The position numbers and the translations under genes are program-made. Of a DNA stretch of 64,000 nucleotides, positions 1-9,515 are shown one piece after another. The stretch covers positions 10,270 to 74,269 of the forward strand of contig CADEDV010000006.1 in NCBI GenBank assembly GCA_902826165.1. The letters run 5' to 3'. The notes beneath the pieces were generated by a model. It saw only the letters and a program-made list of their open reading frames with translations. It searched no databases and was not told where the DNA came from. Source of the DNA: an uncultured Bacteroidota bacterium. Its GTDB lineage: Bacteria; Bacteroidota; Bacteroidia; Chitinophagales; Chitinophagaceae. The number at the start of each line of letters is the position of its first letter. Position 1 is the first letter of the stretch.

Positions 1-109
1 TACCGCTCTGAGGGTATTGCTGTTATTCCAACTTTTTTGTTCCTATGCACTATAAAACATTGCAGCAAATTAGTATTTTACGAAGCTAAATATTCCCCCA
101 CCCATTCCT

Positions 110-1537
110 ATGGTATTCGCAAGCCTGGTCTTTCTCTTCCTTTTCCTGCCGCTATGCCTGATGCTGTATTACAGCAGCAAAAATCCAAAATGGCGAAACT
201 GGGTGCTTATCATTTTTTCACTGGCCTTTTATGGCTGGGGAGAGCCAAGATGGATTTTTTTACTGATCCTTTCCTCCTTTATAGACTGGGGCAATTCTAT
301 TTTTATAGATAAACACAGGGGTACCAAATGGGCAAAGATCGGGGTAATATTTACCGTTTGTTTTAACCTGGCCTTACTGGCTCTTTTTAAATACGATAAA
401 TTTTTGGTGGATCAGCTGAATGCTGTTTTGGGAACTTCTTTTACGGCCACCGGTTATGCACTACCACTGGGTATTTCTTTCTATACCTTTCATACTATTT
501 CTTACGTGGTGGATGTGTATCGCGGAGATATAAAAGCGCAACGGAATTTTCCTGATTTTTTAATGTATGTATCCCTCTTCTCCTCCTTAGTAGCCGGGCC
601 TATTATCCGGTATGCCCATGTAGAAAAAGAAATTTATGGAAGAAAAGAGAATCTTACTGATTTCAGTTTAGGTGTATCCCGTTTTTGTATCGGCCTGTTT
701 AAAAAAGTGGTCATTGCCAATGTGGCGGCTGAACTGGTGCGAAAATACATGGGCGATAACCAACATCCGTTAAGTATGTTAGAACTGGCTAATCTTTCCA
801 GCCTCGAAGCCTGGGTGGGTCTTGTCATGTTTGCGATCCAGATCTATTTTGATTTTTCCGGTTATTCTGATATGGCCATCGGGCTGGGAAGAATGTTTGG
901 GTTTCATTTCCGGGAGAACTTTGATTATCCTTATATCTCCAGGTCAATTGGTGAATTCTGGCGACGCTGGCATATATCGCTGGGCAGTATTTTCAGGGAC
1001 TATGTGTATATTCCCTTAGGTGGTAACAAAAAGAGGGGCTATCTCAATTTGTTCATCGTCTGGTTCCTTACTGGTATGTGGCATGGGCCCAGCTGGAATT
1101 TTATTTTCTGGGGCTTATACTTCTTTCTATTCATTTCGCTGGAAAGGGCATTCCTATTAAAGGCATTGGAAAAATTACCGGCATTCTTTTCGCATGTCTA
1201 TGCATTGGCGGTTATTATTCCCGGATGGGTGATTTTTTATTTCACAGATACCAAAATACTGATCGCTTATGTAGAAAAATTGTTTTCCTTCAGGGCGGGG
1301 CCCAACGGTAATATGGAAGTGATGAATACACTTACGGAGCACCTGTTCTGGTTACTGCTGGCAATCGTTCTTTGCATGCCGGTTTACCATTCCGTAAAAA
1401 AATGGGTGGAGAAAAAAACCAACCGTATTACCTGGTATGATACCGTCACGATTGGTTTTAATATGGTATTATTAATTGTTTGTGTGGCCCAACTGGTGGG
1501 CAAAAGTTATAACCCGTTTATCTATTTCAGGTTTTGA
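110..1537 (+). CDS. MBOAT-family membrane O-acyltransferase (AlgI/DltB-like)
   Basis: 475 aa polytopic membrane protein. Carries MBOAT-type motifs (FWRRWHISLG, GGNKK, TGMWHG with the conserved His). ATG at 110. Followed 26 nt later by the DHHW partner gene. Confidence 0.9.
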   Translation: MVFASLVFLFLFLPLCLMLYYSSKNPKWRNWVLIIFSLAFYGWGEPRWIFLLILSSFIDWGNSIFIDKHRGTKWAKIGVIFTVCFNLALLALFKYDKFLVDQLNAVLGTSFTATGYALPLGISFYTFHTISYVVDVYRGDIKAQRNFPDFLMYVSLFSSLVAGPIIRYAHVEKEIYGRKENLTDFSLGVSRFCIGLFKKVVIANVAAELVRKYMGDNQHPLSMLELANLSSLEAWVGLVMFAIQIYFDFSGYSDMAIGLGRMFGFHFRENFDYPYISRSIGEFWRRWHISLGSIFRDYVYIPLGGNKKRGYLNLFIVWFLTGMWHGPSWNFIFWGLYFFLFISLERAFLLKALEKLPAFFSHVYALAVIIPGWVIFYFTDTKILIAYVEKLFSFRAGPNGNMEVMNTLTEHLFWLLLAIVLCMPVYHSVKKWVEKKTNRITWYDTVTIGFNMVLLIVCVAQLVGKSYNPFIYFRF

Positions 1538-1562
1538 GCAATAAACAATATGAAGTCAGGAT

Positions 1563-2831
1563 ATGAGCGAAGTTGTAAATAAAAGAATTCATCTGGTCAA
1601 TGTCATCATTTTCTGCGCAGTGTTATTACTGGGCGGGATTGCTTTATTGGCTATGAAAAAAGGAACAGAATCTGAAATGGAAAACCGGAAACTGGCCAGT
1701 TTCCCTGTTTATTCAGACAGTGCCTTGTGGAGTGGTGATTATTTCAGGAAAATAGATGAGTATTATTCGGATAATTTCCCCTTCCGGGATAAATGGATCA
1801 GTTTCTCCGGTTCTTTCAGGAATATTTTCGGGTATGAGTCCAGTGACATTACTATTTATAATCCTGCTAATAATGCTGAAGCCAACGAATCCCTTGGTGA
1901 TACAACAAAAAAAGTAAACAATGGTCCTTTGCCTGATGATGGTGCCACCGGGGAAGTGAAGAAAAGAGTTTTTGTTTTCAAGAACCGTGCTTTTGAAATG
2001 TTTGGTGGTGGCGAAGCGATGGGTAAATCGTATGCGAATGTGATCAACTCGTATAACCGTTTAAATTTACCAGGCTTGCAAGTATATAACTTAGTAATAC
2101 CCGTAGCACTGGAATTTGAACTCACGGAGAAGTATAAAAAATTACAAAAGCCGAATCGTCCTGCTATTGAAAATATATATAATCACCTTGATTCGAATAT
2201 CAAAAAGGTTTGGGCTATTGATGAGCTAAGGAACCACCGGGAAGAATATATTTATTTCAATACAGACCACCACTGGACAAGTCTTGGGGCTTATTATGCG
2301 TATCGTGCCTTTTGTGAAACAGCGGGTATGACTGCTGTTTCGCTGGATACTGTTCCCTCGAAAGTAAAGCAAACGTTCCTCGGGTCGCTGTACCGGTTAA
2401 CAAGAGATCTGAAACTGAAAAGTAACCCTGATTCTGTCCGGTATTATAAATTCAGGGATTCGGTGAACTTTTATATCGGCAGTACAGCTAAACTGGGCGT
2501 ATGGACCAAATCAAAAATGTATGGGGAGGGTGCAAGTGGGTCCAATAGCTATTCTGTATTCCTGCAGGGAGATCTCCCGGTTGTGAAAATGGAAACACAG
2601 CATAAGAATGACAGAAAGATCCTGATGATAAAAGAATCCTATGGAAATGCTTTTGCGCCTTTCCTCATTAATAATTTTGAAAAAGTAGTGGTGGTTGACC
2701 AGCGGTATTATACCGGCAACCTGGTGGAATTACTAAAATATGAAGGCATCACCGACCTGTTATTCATCAATAATATTTTTGCGGCACATACTCCCTTCCA
2801 TATCGATAAGATCAAGGGATTGAAAAAGTAG
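1563..2831 (+). CDS. DHHW-motif protein (AlgJ/AlgX-like SGNH-fold partner of MBOAT acyltransferases)
   Basis: 422 aa with an N-terminal TM anchor. Has a literal FNTDHHWTSLGAYYAY motif and KESYGNAF near the C-terminus. Sits directly downstream of the MBOAT gene. Confidence 0.75.
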   Translation: MSEVVNKRIHLVNVIIFCAVLLLGGIALLAMKKGTESEMENRKLASFPVYSDSALWSGDYFRKIDEYYSDNFPFRDKWISFSGSFRNIFGYESSDITIYNPANNAEANESLGDTTKKVNNGPLPDDGATGEVKKRVFVFKNRAFEMFGGGEAMGKSYANVINSYNRLNLPGLQVYNLVIPVALEFELTEKYKKLQKPNRPAIENIYNHLDSNIKKVWAIDELRNHREEYIYFNTDHHWTSLGAYYAYRAFCETAGMTAVSLDTVPSKVKQTFLGSLYRLTRDLKLKSNPDSVRYYKFRDSVNFYIGSTAKLGVWTKSKMYGEGASGSNSYSVFLQGDLPVVKMETQHKNDRKILMIKESYGNAFAPFLINNFEKVVVVDQRYYTGNLVELLKYEGITDLLFINNIFAAHTPFHIDKIKGLKK

Positions 2832-2832
2832 A

Positions 2833-3273
2833 TCAGAGTTGAAGATTCTTTCTTACCCAGGCCACAGTAGGCCTTAGCTCGTTATTGTATTTATCCCCGG
2901 TAGCATATTTAGAATACTTTAGAAAATCGTAATAGGTTCCTTTGGGGTGTTTTGTTTTCCATTTAGGATAACGTTTATCCTGCCATTTTTTATAATAAGC
3001 AATGCAGGCAGAATCGGAGGTAAATTTCAGGCATTTATTCCCCTTAATATAAAACCCAAAAAGGTTATGATAACGCAGACAGCAGTTCTTACAACTGAGC
3101 CAGCCTGTTTCCTGGATACTTTGGGCGATCACAAAATCAGCTTCCTGGATGCCGGCCGCTTTAATGGCATTGTATAAAGCCTGAATTTTGGGCTTATTGG
3201 ATTTTTGAGAAAACCCTTCCTGAAGGCAAAGTAAAAGAAGAACAGCCAGTAATAATTTCTTCATGCAGTTCAT
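2833..3273 (-). CDS. secreted glucosaminidase-domain protein (GH73/FlgJ-like muramidase domain)
   Basis: 146 aa with a signal peptide (KKLLLAVLLLLCL). Motif IAQSIQETGW...YHNLFGF is typical of the glucosaminidase domain. Confidence 0.6.
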   Translation of the reverse strand: MNCMKKLLLAVLLLLCLQEGFSQKSNKPKIQALYNAIKAAGIQEADFVIAQSIQETGWLSCKNCCLRYHNLFGFYIKGNKCLKFTSDSACIAYYKKWQDKRYPKWKTKHPKGTYYDFLKYSKYATGDKYNNELRPTVAWVRKNLQL

Positions 3274-3389
3274 TTTTGATAAGCAATGGGTTGGTTCGTT
3301 TTCTAAGGAAAAATTTTAAGTTCGCTAAATATACAAAAACCGCACCCTTTTTAGAGATTCCTTTACTTTGCATAAATCAACAAACAGAT

Positions 3390-4082
3390 ATGAGCACAAG
3401 GTTAGTCGTGGATGGTCAAAACCAGTTGCTGGAAACAAGGGAACCCGGTTTTCCTGAACAACCGGCTCCTTTACGTATAGGTGCAACTGTCATTTCATAT
3501 ATTTTTCATCCTTTATTCATACCTGTATATATTTCCTGGTTTCTTGTAACAATACAACCTCATCTTTTTGCCAGTTTTACTCCTACGGAAAAGATCATTA
3601 CTGTATTCCGCTTCTTTATCATGTACAGTTTTTTCCCATTGGTTACAATATTACTGGCGAAAGCACTAGGTTTTTTACAAAGCATTTACCTGAAAACACA
3701 GAAAGAAAGGGTCATCCCTTATATAGCATGTGGTATCTATTATTGGTGGATGTGGAATGTGTTGCGCAACCAGCCTGAATTTTCCAGGGAGATTGTAATG
3801 CTTTCAATGGCAATCTGGATCGCTGCCAGTCTTGGATTGTTAGCTAATATCACTATGAAGGTAAGTATGCATGCTATTTCCATGGGAGTTATGGTCACTT
3901 TTATCATGCTGCTCGGTCTGTCTCACCCTGATGGGTATGGCATTTATATTTCCGTTGCACTTATTCTAACCGGGCTTGTTTGTACAGCTCGTTTTGTAGT
4001 TTCCGATCATTCACAAAAAGAGGTTTATACCGGTCTGTTGGTGGGGATAGTGTCCCAACTAATCGCCAATTGGGTGTCCTGA
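3390..4082 (+). CDS. polytopic membrane protein of unknown function
   Basis: The ORF 3276-4082 begins at TTG. The first ATG (3390, MSTRLVV) precedes about 6 hydrophobic helices. I recognised no family motif. Confidence 0.55.
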   Translation: MSTRLVVDGQNQLLETREPGFPEQPAPLRIGATVISYIFHPLFIPVYISWFLVTIQPHLFASFTPTEKIITVFRFFIMYSFFPLVTILLAKALGFLQSIYLKTQKERVIPYIACGIYYWWMWNVLRNQPEFSREIVMLSMAIWIAASLGLLANITMKVSMHAISMGVMVTFIMLLGLSHPDGYGIYISVALILTGLVCTARFVVSDHSQKEVYTGLLVGIVSQLIANWVS

Positions 4083-4185
4083 GAAAAAAAATCCAAAAAA
4101 TATTAGTTTTTATTTGCTAAATGATTTAGTTTCGTCCTCCCGTCAAAATTTTGGGGCGGGCCACCTGTAAAACCTAATTTTGGCA

Positions 4186-5217
4186 ATGGCTAAATCAGAA
4201 AAAACTACCGATATGTCAACGAACAACGAAAAAATGAAAGCGTTAAAGCTTACCATGGACAAGATCGAAAAGGATTTTGGTAAAGGAAGTGTGATGCTGA
4301 TGAATGAGAAATCCGGCGATGTACAGGAAGTCATTTCAACCGGCTCAATCGGGCTTGATGTGGCACTTGGTATTGGCGGCCTGCCAAAAGGAAGGGTCAT
4401 TGAGATCTACGGACCTGAATCTTCTGGAAAAACAACTGTAGCCACCCATGTTATTGCCGAAGCACAGAAGAAAGGTGGTATGTGTGCAATCATCGATGCG
4501 GAGCATGCTTTCGACAGCAGCTATGCGCAGAAACTTGGTGTTGATGTTGATAATCTTTTGATATCGCAGCCTGATTATGGTGAACAGGCGCTGGAAATAG
4601 CCGACCGCCTGATCCTTTCTGGCGCCTTGGATGTGGTGGTGATCGACTCAGTGGCTGCCCTTGTTCCCAAAGGTGAGCTGGAAGGTGAAATGGGAGACAG
4701 CAAAATGGGTCTTCATGCCAGGTTAATGAGCCAGGCACTGAGAAAACTAACCGCAACTATTTCCAAAACAAATACGATCTGTATATTCATTAACCAGCTG
4801 AGAGAAAAGATCGGTGTTATGTTTGGTAACCCCGAAGTGACTACTGGTGGTAATGCACTGAAATTTTATGCTTCTGTCCGGTTAGATATCCGTCGTTCCA
4901 CCCAGATCAAAGATGGCGATGAGGCAATTGGTAACAGGGTAAAAGTAAAAGTGGTTAAAAATAAAGTAGCCCCTCCTTTCAGGGCGGCTGAGTTTGATAT
5001 CATCTTCGGGGAAGGTATTTCCAAGAATGGAGAGATCATTGACATGGGAACAGAATTGGGAATCGTCCAGAAAAGCGGAAGCTGGTACAGCTATAATAAT
5101 GATAAACTGGGCCAGGGCCGTGATGCCGTGAAGCAACTACTGGTGGATAATCCCGAGTTGGCTAAAGAAATTGAAGGGAAGATCAGGGAAAAGATCAAAG
5201 AAATGCAAACCGCCTAA
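4186..5217 (+). CDS. recA: recombinase RecA
   Basis: Walker [10 protein letters not shown], then [17 protein letters not shown] and [35 protein letters not shown]. First ATG at 4186 (the ORF track starts at TTG 4180). Confidence 0.97.
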   Translation: MAKSEKTTDMSTNNEKMKALKLTMDKIEKDFGKGSVMLMNEKSGDVQEVISTGSIGLDVALGIGGLPKGRVIEIYGPESSGKTTVATHVIAEAQKKGGMCAIIDAEHAFDSSYAQKLGVDVDNLLISQPDYGEQALEIADRLILSGALDVVVIDSVAALVPKGELEGEMGDSKMGLHARLMSQALRKLTATISKTNTICIFINQLREKIGVMFGNPEVTTGGNALKFYASVRLDIRRSTQIKDGDEAIGNRVKVKVVKNKVAPPFRAAEFDIIFGEGISKNGEIIDMGTELGIVQKSGSWYSYNNDKLGQGRDAVKQLLVDNPELAKEIEGKIREKIKEMQTA

Positions 5218-5260
5218 TAATCGTTTTATTCGTTGCTTTTCAATGGGTTAGTAAGTAACA

Positions 5261-5292
5261 ACGTCCCGCCTCCGGCGGGACGTTTCATTTTC
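5261..5292 (+). terminator. intrinsic terminator after recA
   Basis: Perfect inverted repeat acgtcccgcc/ggcgggacgt (5261-5270 / 5274-5283) followed by a T-rich tract. Confidence 0.8.
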
Positions 5293-5397
5293 TTCACAAA
5301 TATTTCACTGTAAAATACTTAATCAATGTTTAAACATTGTATATTTGTGTTGCGCTTTTGAACTAACTAAAAAAAGATTCGTTTTACCACATACTAT

Positions 5398-5868
5398 ATG
5401 TCAACTCAAACAAACAAAAAGAGCCCCTGGCTGAAAAGGATATTATTCGGCGGTTTAGTCCTTGTATTGGCTGGGGCTGGCATCTATTGGTATATCGCCA
5501 CCGATACTTTCGCTGATACAAAAGACAGGAAATCTGCTTTTACCGTGGAGGCTGTTGATTTCATCCGTGAATTTCAGCAAAATGATAGTCTTGCCAATTT
5601 AAAATATCGTGAAAAAATTCTAACTGTTAATGGTACAGTTTCTGATTTAGAATCACCCGATACAGCAACTGTTAATGTAAAACTGATAGATACCACTTCT
5701 GGCAACTTTGCCATTTTTGCTTTCCAGGATCAGCATGTTGCAGAAGCTAAAAGCCTTAAGATTGGCGACAAGGTATCCATTAAAGGAAGTTGCAGCGGGG
5801 GAAGTCTTGACGGAATTCTTGAAGTAATAAAAATTGATTTTAAAAGAAGCGCTTTAAACAAACAATAA
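5398..5868 (+). CDS. membrane-anchored OB-fold (tRNA_anti-like) protein
   Basis: 156 aa with an N-terminal TM helix. The C-terminal segment KILTVNGTVSD...VKL...ISIKGSCSG resembles the OB-fold lipoprotein family. Assignment is from memory only. Confidence 0.55.
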   Translation: MSTQTNKKSPWLKRILFGGLVLVLAGAGIYWYIATDTFADTKDRKSAFTVEAVDFIREFQQNDSLANLKYREKILTVNGTVSDLESPDTATVNVKLIDTTSGNFAIFAFQDQHVAEAKSLKIGDKVSIKGSCSGGSLDGILEVIKIDFKRSALNKQ

Positions 5869-5897
5869 ATTAAACTATCACCCCAAAAAATAACCAA

Positions 5898-6443
5898 ATG
5901 AAAAAAACAATTCTATTTCTTTCTTTCGTGGCCCTGACTGGCAGCCTGTTCGCACAGAAAAAAACTACTACATCTGCAATTGTAAATTTTGATGCCAGTA
6001 CTGCTATTGATGCATTACCAAAAGCTGAAAATAAGACTGTAACGGCTGCAGTTGATACTAAAACCGGGACTGTTGCCTTTGAAGCAACTGTAAAAAACTT
6101 TGCTTTCACTAATCCAAGAATTCAAGAACATTTCAATGGTAAAGACTGGTTGAACTCTGATAACTTCCCTAAATTCACGTTTAAAGGAAAGATCGCTGAC
6201 CTGTCTAAAGTAAATTTCGCCAAAGATGGCTCTTACACTGTGCAGGTAACCGGTGACCTTACTGTCAAAGACGTAACAAAACCAGTTAGTACAGAAGTCA
6301 CTATCGTTGTGAGCGGTGGAACATTAAGTACGACAACGGCTTTTTCGATTAAACTAGCCGATTACGGTATCACCGGTATTCCTATTGATGCAGGCAAAGT
6401 TGCCAAAGAACCAAAGATCACTGTATCAGCAGAACTAAAGTAA
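5898..6443 (+). CDS. YceI-family periplasmic polyisoprenoid-binding protein
   Basis: 181 aa with a signal peptide. Motifs F.A..KNFAF, HFNGKDWLNSDNFPKFTFKG and GDLTVKDVTKPV are typical YceI-like lipocalin signatures. Confidence 0.8.
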   Translation: MKKTILFLSFVALTGSLFAQKKTTTSAIVNFDASTAIDALPKAENKTVTAAVDTKTGTVAFEATVKNFAFTNPRIQEHFNGKDWLNSDNFPKFTFKGKIADLSKVNFAKDGSYTVQVTGDLTVKDVTKPVSTEVTIVVSGGTLSTTTAFSIKLADYGITGIPIDAGKVAKEPKITVSAELK

Positions 6444-6471
6444 TAGTTTAGTTTATAGATATAAAACAAAG

Positions 6472-6500
6472 AACCTTACCTCCTGGTAAGGTTTTTTTAT
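6472..6500 (+). terminator. intrinsic terminator after the yceI-like gene
   Basis: Stem aaccttacc/ggtaaggtt with loop tcct, followed by tttttatttt. Confidence 0.85.
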
Positions 6501-6519
6501 TTTGCTATACCTTCGGATC

Positions 6520-6975
6520 ATGAGTATAAGAAAACTGGAAAGCCGGAAAAAAATTGCCCTAGTAGCCCATGATCATAAGAAGGCTGATCTTATTGATTGG
6601 GCAATCTATAATAAAAAAGTCCTGAACAAGCATCGCTTGTTTGCCACTGGTACTACAGGCATATTATTGGAAACTGCACTCGATCAGTCAGTGACCAAAT
6701 TTCTGAGTGGTCCACTGGGAGGAGACCAGCAGATAGGTGCCCAGATCGCCGAAGGAAAAATTGATGTGCTTATCTTTTTCTGGGATCCCATGGAGGCCCA
6801 GCCTCATGATCCGGATGTAAAAGCATTATTACGTCTTGCTGCTACTTATAATATCCCTGTCGCCTGTAACAGGGCCACGGCAGATTTTATGTTTACTTCC
6901 CCGCTGATGCATGAAGATTATGATGCGATACTACCCGACTACTCGGCCTATTCAAACAGGAAATTGAAAAAATAA
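6520..6975 (+). CDS. mgsA: methylglyoxal synthase
   Basis: IALVAHDHKK, ATGTTG, GPLGGDQQIGA and DPMEAQPHDPDVKALLRLA are hallmark MgsA motifs. ATG at 6520. Confidence 0.9.
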   Translation: MSIRKLESRKKIALVAHDHKKADLIDWAIYNKKVLNKHRLFATGTTGILLETALDQSVTKFLSGPLGGDQQIGAQIAEGKIDVLIFFWDPMEAQPHDPDVKALLRLAATYNIPVACNRATADFMFTSPLMHEDYDAILPDYSAYSNRKLKK

Positions 6976-6976
6976 T

Positions 6977-9367
6977 TTATTCACCCAGTATTTTTTCGAT
7001 ATGTACTAATTTACCATTTACATCAAATCCTTCTATTATCACCCTGTATTTCTTACTTACATCATTATTGTAAAACCTGATAGTTACCGTTTTTGTATCT
7101 GAATCGGTATAAACATCCGGGCTCCAGTAAAGTGTTCTCCGCCGGTCAGTTATTTGTGAATTATTCCCATTATTAGAATAATCTGGATTATAAAACTCCC
7201 TTACAATTGAATATCCGTTACTGGTAAAATATTCCAGCTTATCGATTTGCTGGCCATTATCTTTTTTCTTTGTATAAACAGCAATAGCCCCTCCGGGTGA
7301 ACCACTACCGACACCAACAAAACCAGCCTCGTAATATTTCACCAGTGCAATTTCATCAACTCTTAATGATCGCAGCTGGCTTGCATCAGCCGGTGCCTCA
7401 TCAATGAAAACCCCAACTGCCCATTTTTGTCCTGTTCCAAGACTGAAATTTTTCCTGCTTACAAACCTGTTTCCCTGTAATTCCACATGTGTAATACTAT
7501 TCCGGATCCAATCCATAACATTTAGTGATTTATCGTTTGCCGGAAGGTTGATATTATCCAGATTGACTTTACCCGGAGCCCTGAAAACTCCGGTCGTGTA
7601 TTTCTCATTTACTACATCAAAAGGCTTCTTCGCTGTTTTAGATTCAACAGTAACATTGGCAAGCTCCTTTATTTTTCCCCTGTTTCTCATCCACTCATAC
7701 TGCTCTTTTACTGCTTTATTTAAATTATCGGGATAAAAATGAAGATACACTGTATTATCGGGTAAGGATAGCTCCCCGGTGATCGGATCAGTATGAATTT
7801 TTACCGGTTTTTGTTTCCCTTGTGGATTAGAATACACATAAAAGAAATTGGCTTTCCCATTAAAGGCAGCCGAATCAATCTCAAACCTGCCATCCTGTGC
7901 TACTGGTATCTCGTAACTCTGGGAAGTAGAGTCCTCATTTTCCTGGTAAATACTCAATTTACCTCCGGAGACATGTTGTTTATCCTGTTCTTCATTCACA
8001 ACCCCGGTAACCGACAGCAAGTAAGGTTCATTTGTCTTTTTTACTTTCAAATTTCCTGTCAGTAATTCTTTCCAGTTGAATCGCACCCAGCCATGTGTCA
8101 GCATCAGGTTATCCATAGCAAGAGCTGCTGTATCACCGGTTCCTTCAAAATACCAGCCGGGGTTATGTATATATCCTTTCAGATCGCCGGATAATAAAAA
8201 GGCTGACCAGATACTTTCTTTGTCTTCACTGCCATCAGTAGATGCATCAGTGACCGCTACGGAAAGACTTCTTTGTATAGAAGCGGGAAAATTAATATCA
8301 AATGAATTCATTGCTCTTTTAGCACTGTCATGCTTTACGGTATTGATATTTCCAGCAGAGATATATTCCCTGTTATTAACAAAAGAAAGACGTTCAGCTA
8401 AAGGAAGCCCGTCTTTATTGAAAACCGTAAAATGAAGTATCCCTGACGGCAGGCTATCTGTTAAGACATGTCCTTTTACTGACATGTAATTATCAAATGC
8501 AATATCGGTCTCGTTAACGACCTGGTTATTCATTACGCCTACCAATGTAATATTCTCAAAATTGGATTTACCATTTACACTTCTTGATACTGTAAAAGCT
8601 ATGCCACCCGGTTCATCCTGGATTTTTAAGTTGATCCCTGAACTTATCACTTCAGGTAAGTTAAAAGAATGAATATTACCATTGTAATCTATCTCTGCTT
8701 TGTATTTTTTTGAAAGTTGTGGTTTGAACTGAACCCGGCCGATACCATCATGATATGACTTAAAAGAAGCTATTGTAGTTCCTTCTTCATTACGGATCAC
8801 CCCGTTAATTTCAACAGGATTGCCGCCTGCATCCGTTGCCTTAAAGGCAACAACCGTCAGCAAGCCGTCCACAAGATTTCCACTTTCCGGGAAGAACTGT
8901 ACTTTAATATCCTGTGGAGCTGGGATGATTTTCCCTGCAACAGATGGGTTATAGATATAAATATTCTTCCGGTAAATAAAATCACTCCCATATGTCTGCA
9001 TACCTGCAGTGGTTGCAATAAAATAGTAATTACCCTGTGGCAGGGAGTCCGGCAAATCAATATTTCCTTTTGCCGCTGCTCCCGTTACCGGGTATTTCTT
9101 TTCAGCAATTGTATGGCCTTTATCATCAACCAAACGGATATAGAAATTCGAACTTATTCCGCTTGGCAAACCATTACTCGAAAAATAGGCTTTAAACCAC
9201 ATGGTCTCCCCGGCGATATAATTTTCCTTATCATAGTGAATAAATATCTTTTCAGCAGGAAACTCTGCAGCTAATACAGCAAGCACTGAGTCTCTTTTTT
9301 GAGTGAGCCCTTTTATCCCGGTACTGCATAAAAGCAACAGCAAAAAGATTAGCCTGGTATTTCTCAT
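6977..9367 (-). CDS. large secreted protein with an N-terminal MG2-like domain and a C-terminal TonB-plug-like segment
   Basis: 796 aa with a signal peptide. IFIHYDKENYIAGETMWFKAYF...LPQGNYYF resembles alpha-2-macroglobulin MG2 domains. The C-terminal VDEIALVKYYEAGFVGVGSGSPGGAIAVYTKKKD resembles a Plug/CarboxypepD-associated motif. Confidence 0.6.
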   Translation of the reverse strand: MRNTRLIFLLLLLCSTGIKGLTQKRDSVLAVLAAEFPAEKIFIHYDKENYIAGETMWFKAYFSSNGLPSGISSNFYIRLVDDKGHTIAEKKYPVTGAAAKGNIDLPDSLPQGNYYFIATTAGMQTYGSDFIYRKNIYIYNPSVAGKIIPAPQDIKVQFFPESGNLVDGLLTVVAFKATDAGGNPVEINGVIRNEEGTTIASFKSYHDGIGRVQFKPQLSKKYKAEIDYNGNIHSFNLPEVISSGINLKIQDEPGGIAFTVSRSVNGKSNFENITLVGVMNNQVVNETDIAFDNYMSVKGHVLTDSLPSGILHFTVFNKDGLPLAERLSFVNNREYISAGNINTVKHDSAKRAMNSFDINFPASIQRSLSVAVTDASTDGSEDKESIWSAFLLSGDLKGYIHNPGWYFEGTGDTAALAMDNLMLTHGWVRFNWKELLTGNLKVKKTNEPYLLSVTGVVNEEQDKQHVSGGKLSIYQENEDSTSQSYEIPVAQDGRFEIDSAAFNGKANFFYVYSNPQGKQKPVKIHTDPITGELSLPDNTVYLHFYPDNLNKAVKEQYEWMRNRGKIKELANVTVESKTAKKPFDVVNEKYTTGVFRAPGKVNLDNINLPANDKSLNVMDWIRNSITHVELQGNRFVSRKNFSLGTGQKWAVGVFIDEAPADASQLRSLRVDEIALVKYYEAGFVGVGSGSPGGAIAVYTKKKDNGQQIDKLEYFTSNGYSIVREFYNPDYSNNGNNSQITDRRRTLYWSPDVYTDSDTKTVTIRFYNNDVSKKYRVIIEGFDVNGKLVHIEKILGE

Positions 9368-9515
9368 GTCTGGCTGTTTATTGTAAATATAAATTGTTAC
9401 CCGGGCAAGTTACTATATCAAAATGATGACCGGTATGAGTTTAGTTACCCGGGCCTTACCGGGTTTTCCTGCTATCCTTTCACTAAATAGTCTGCATTCG
9501 CATTAACTTTGGCTG

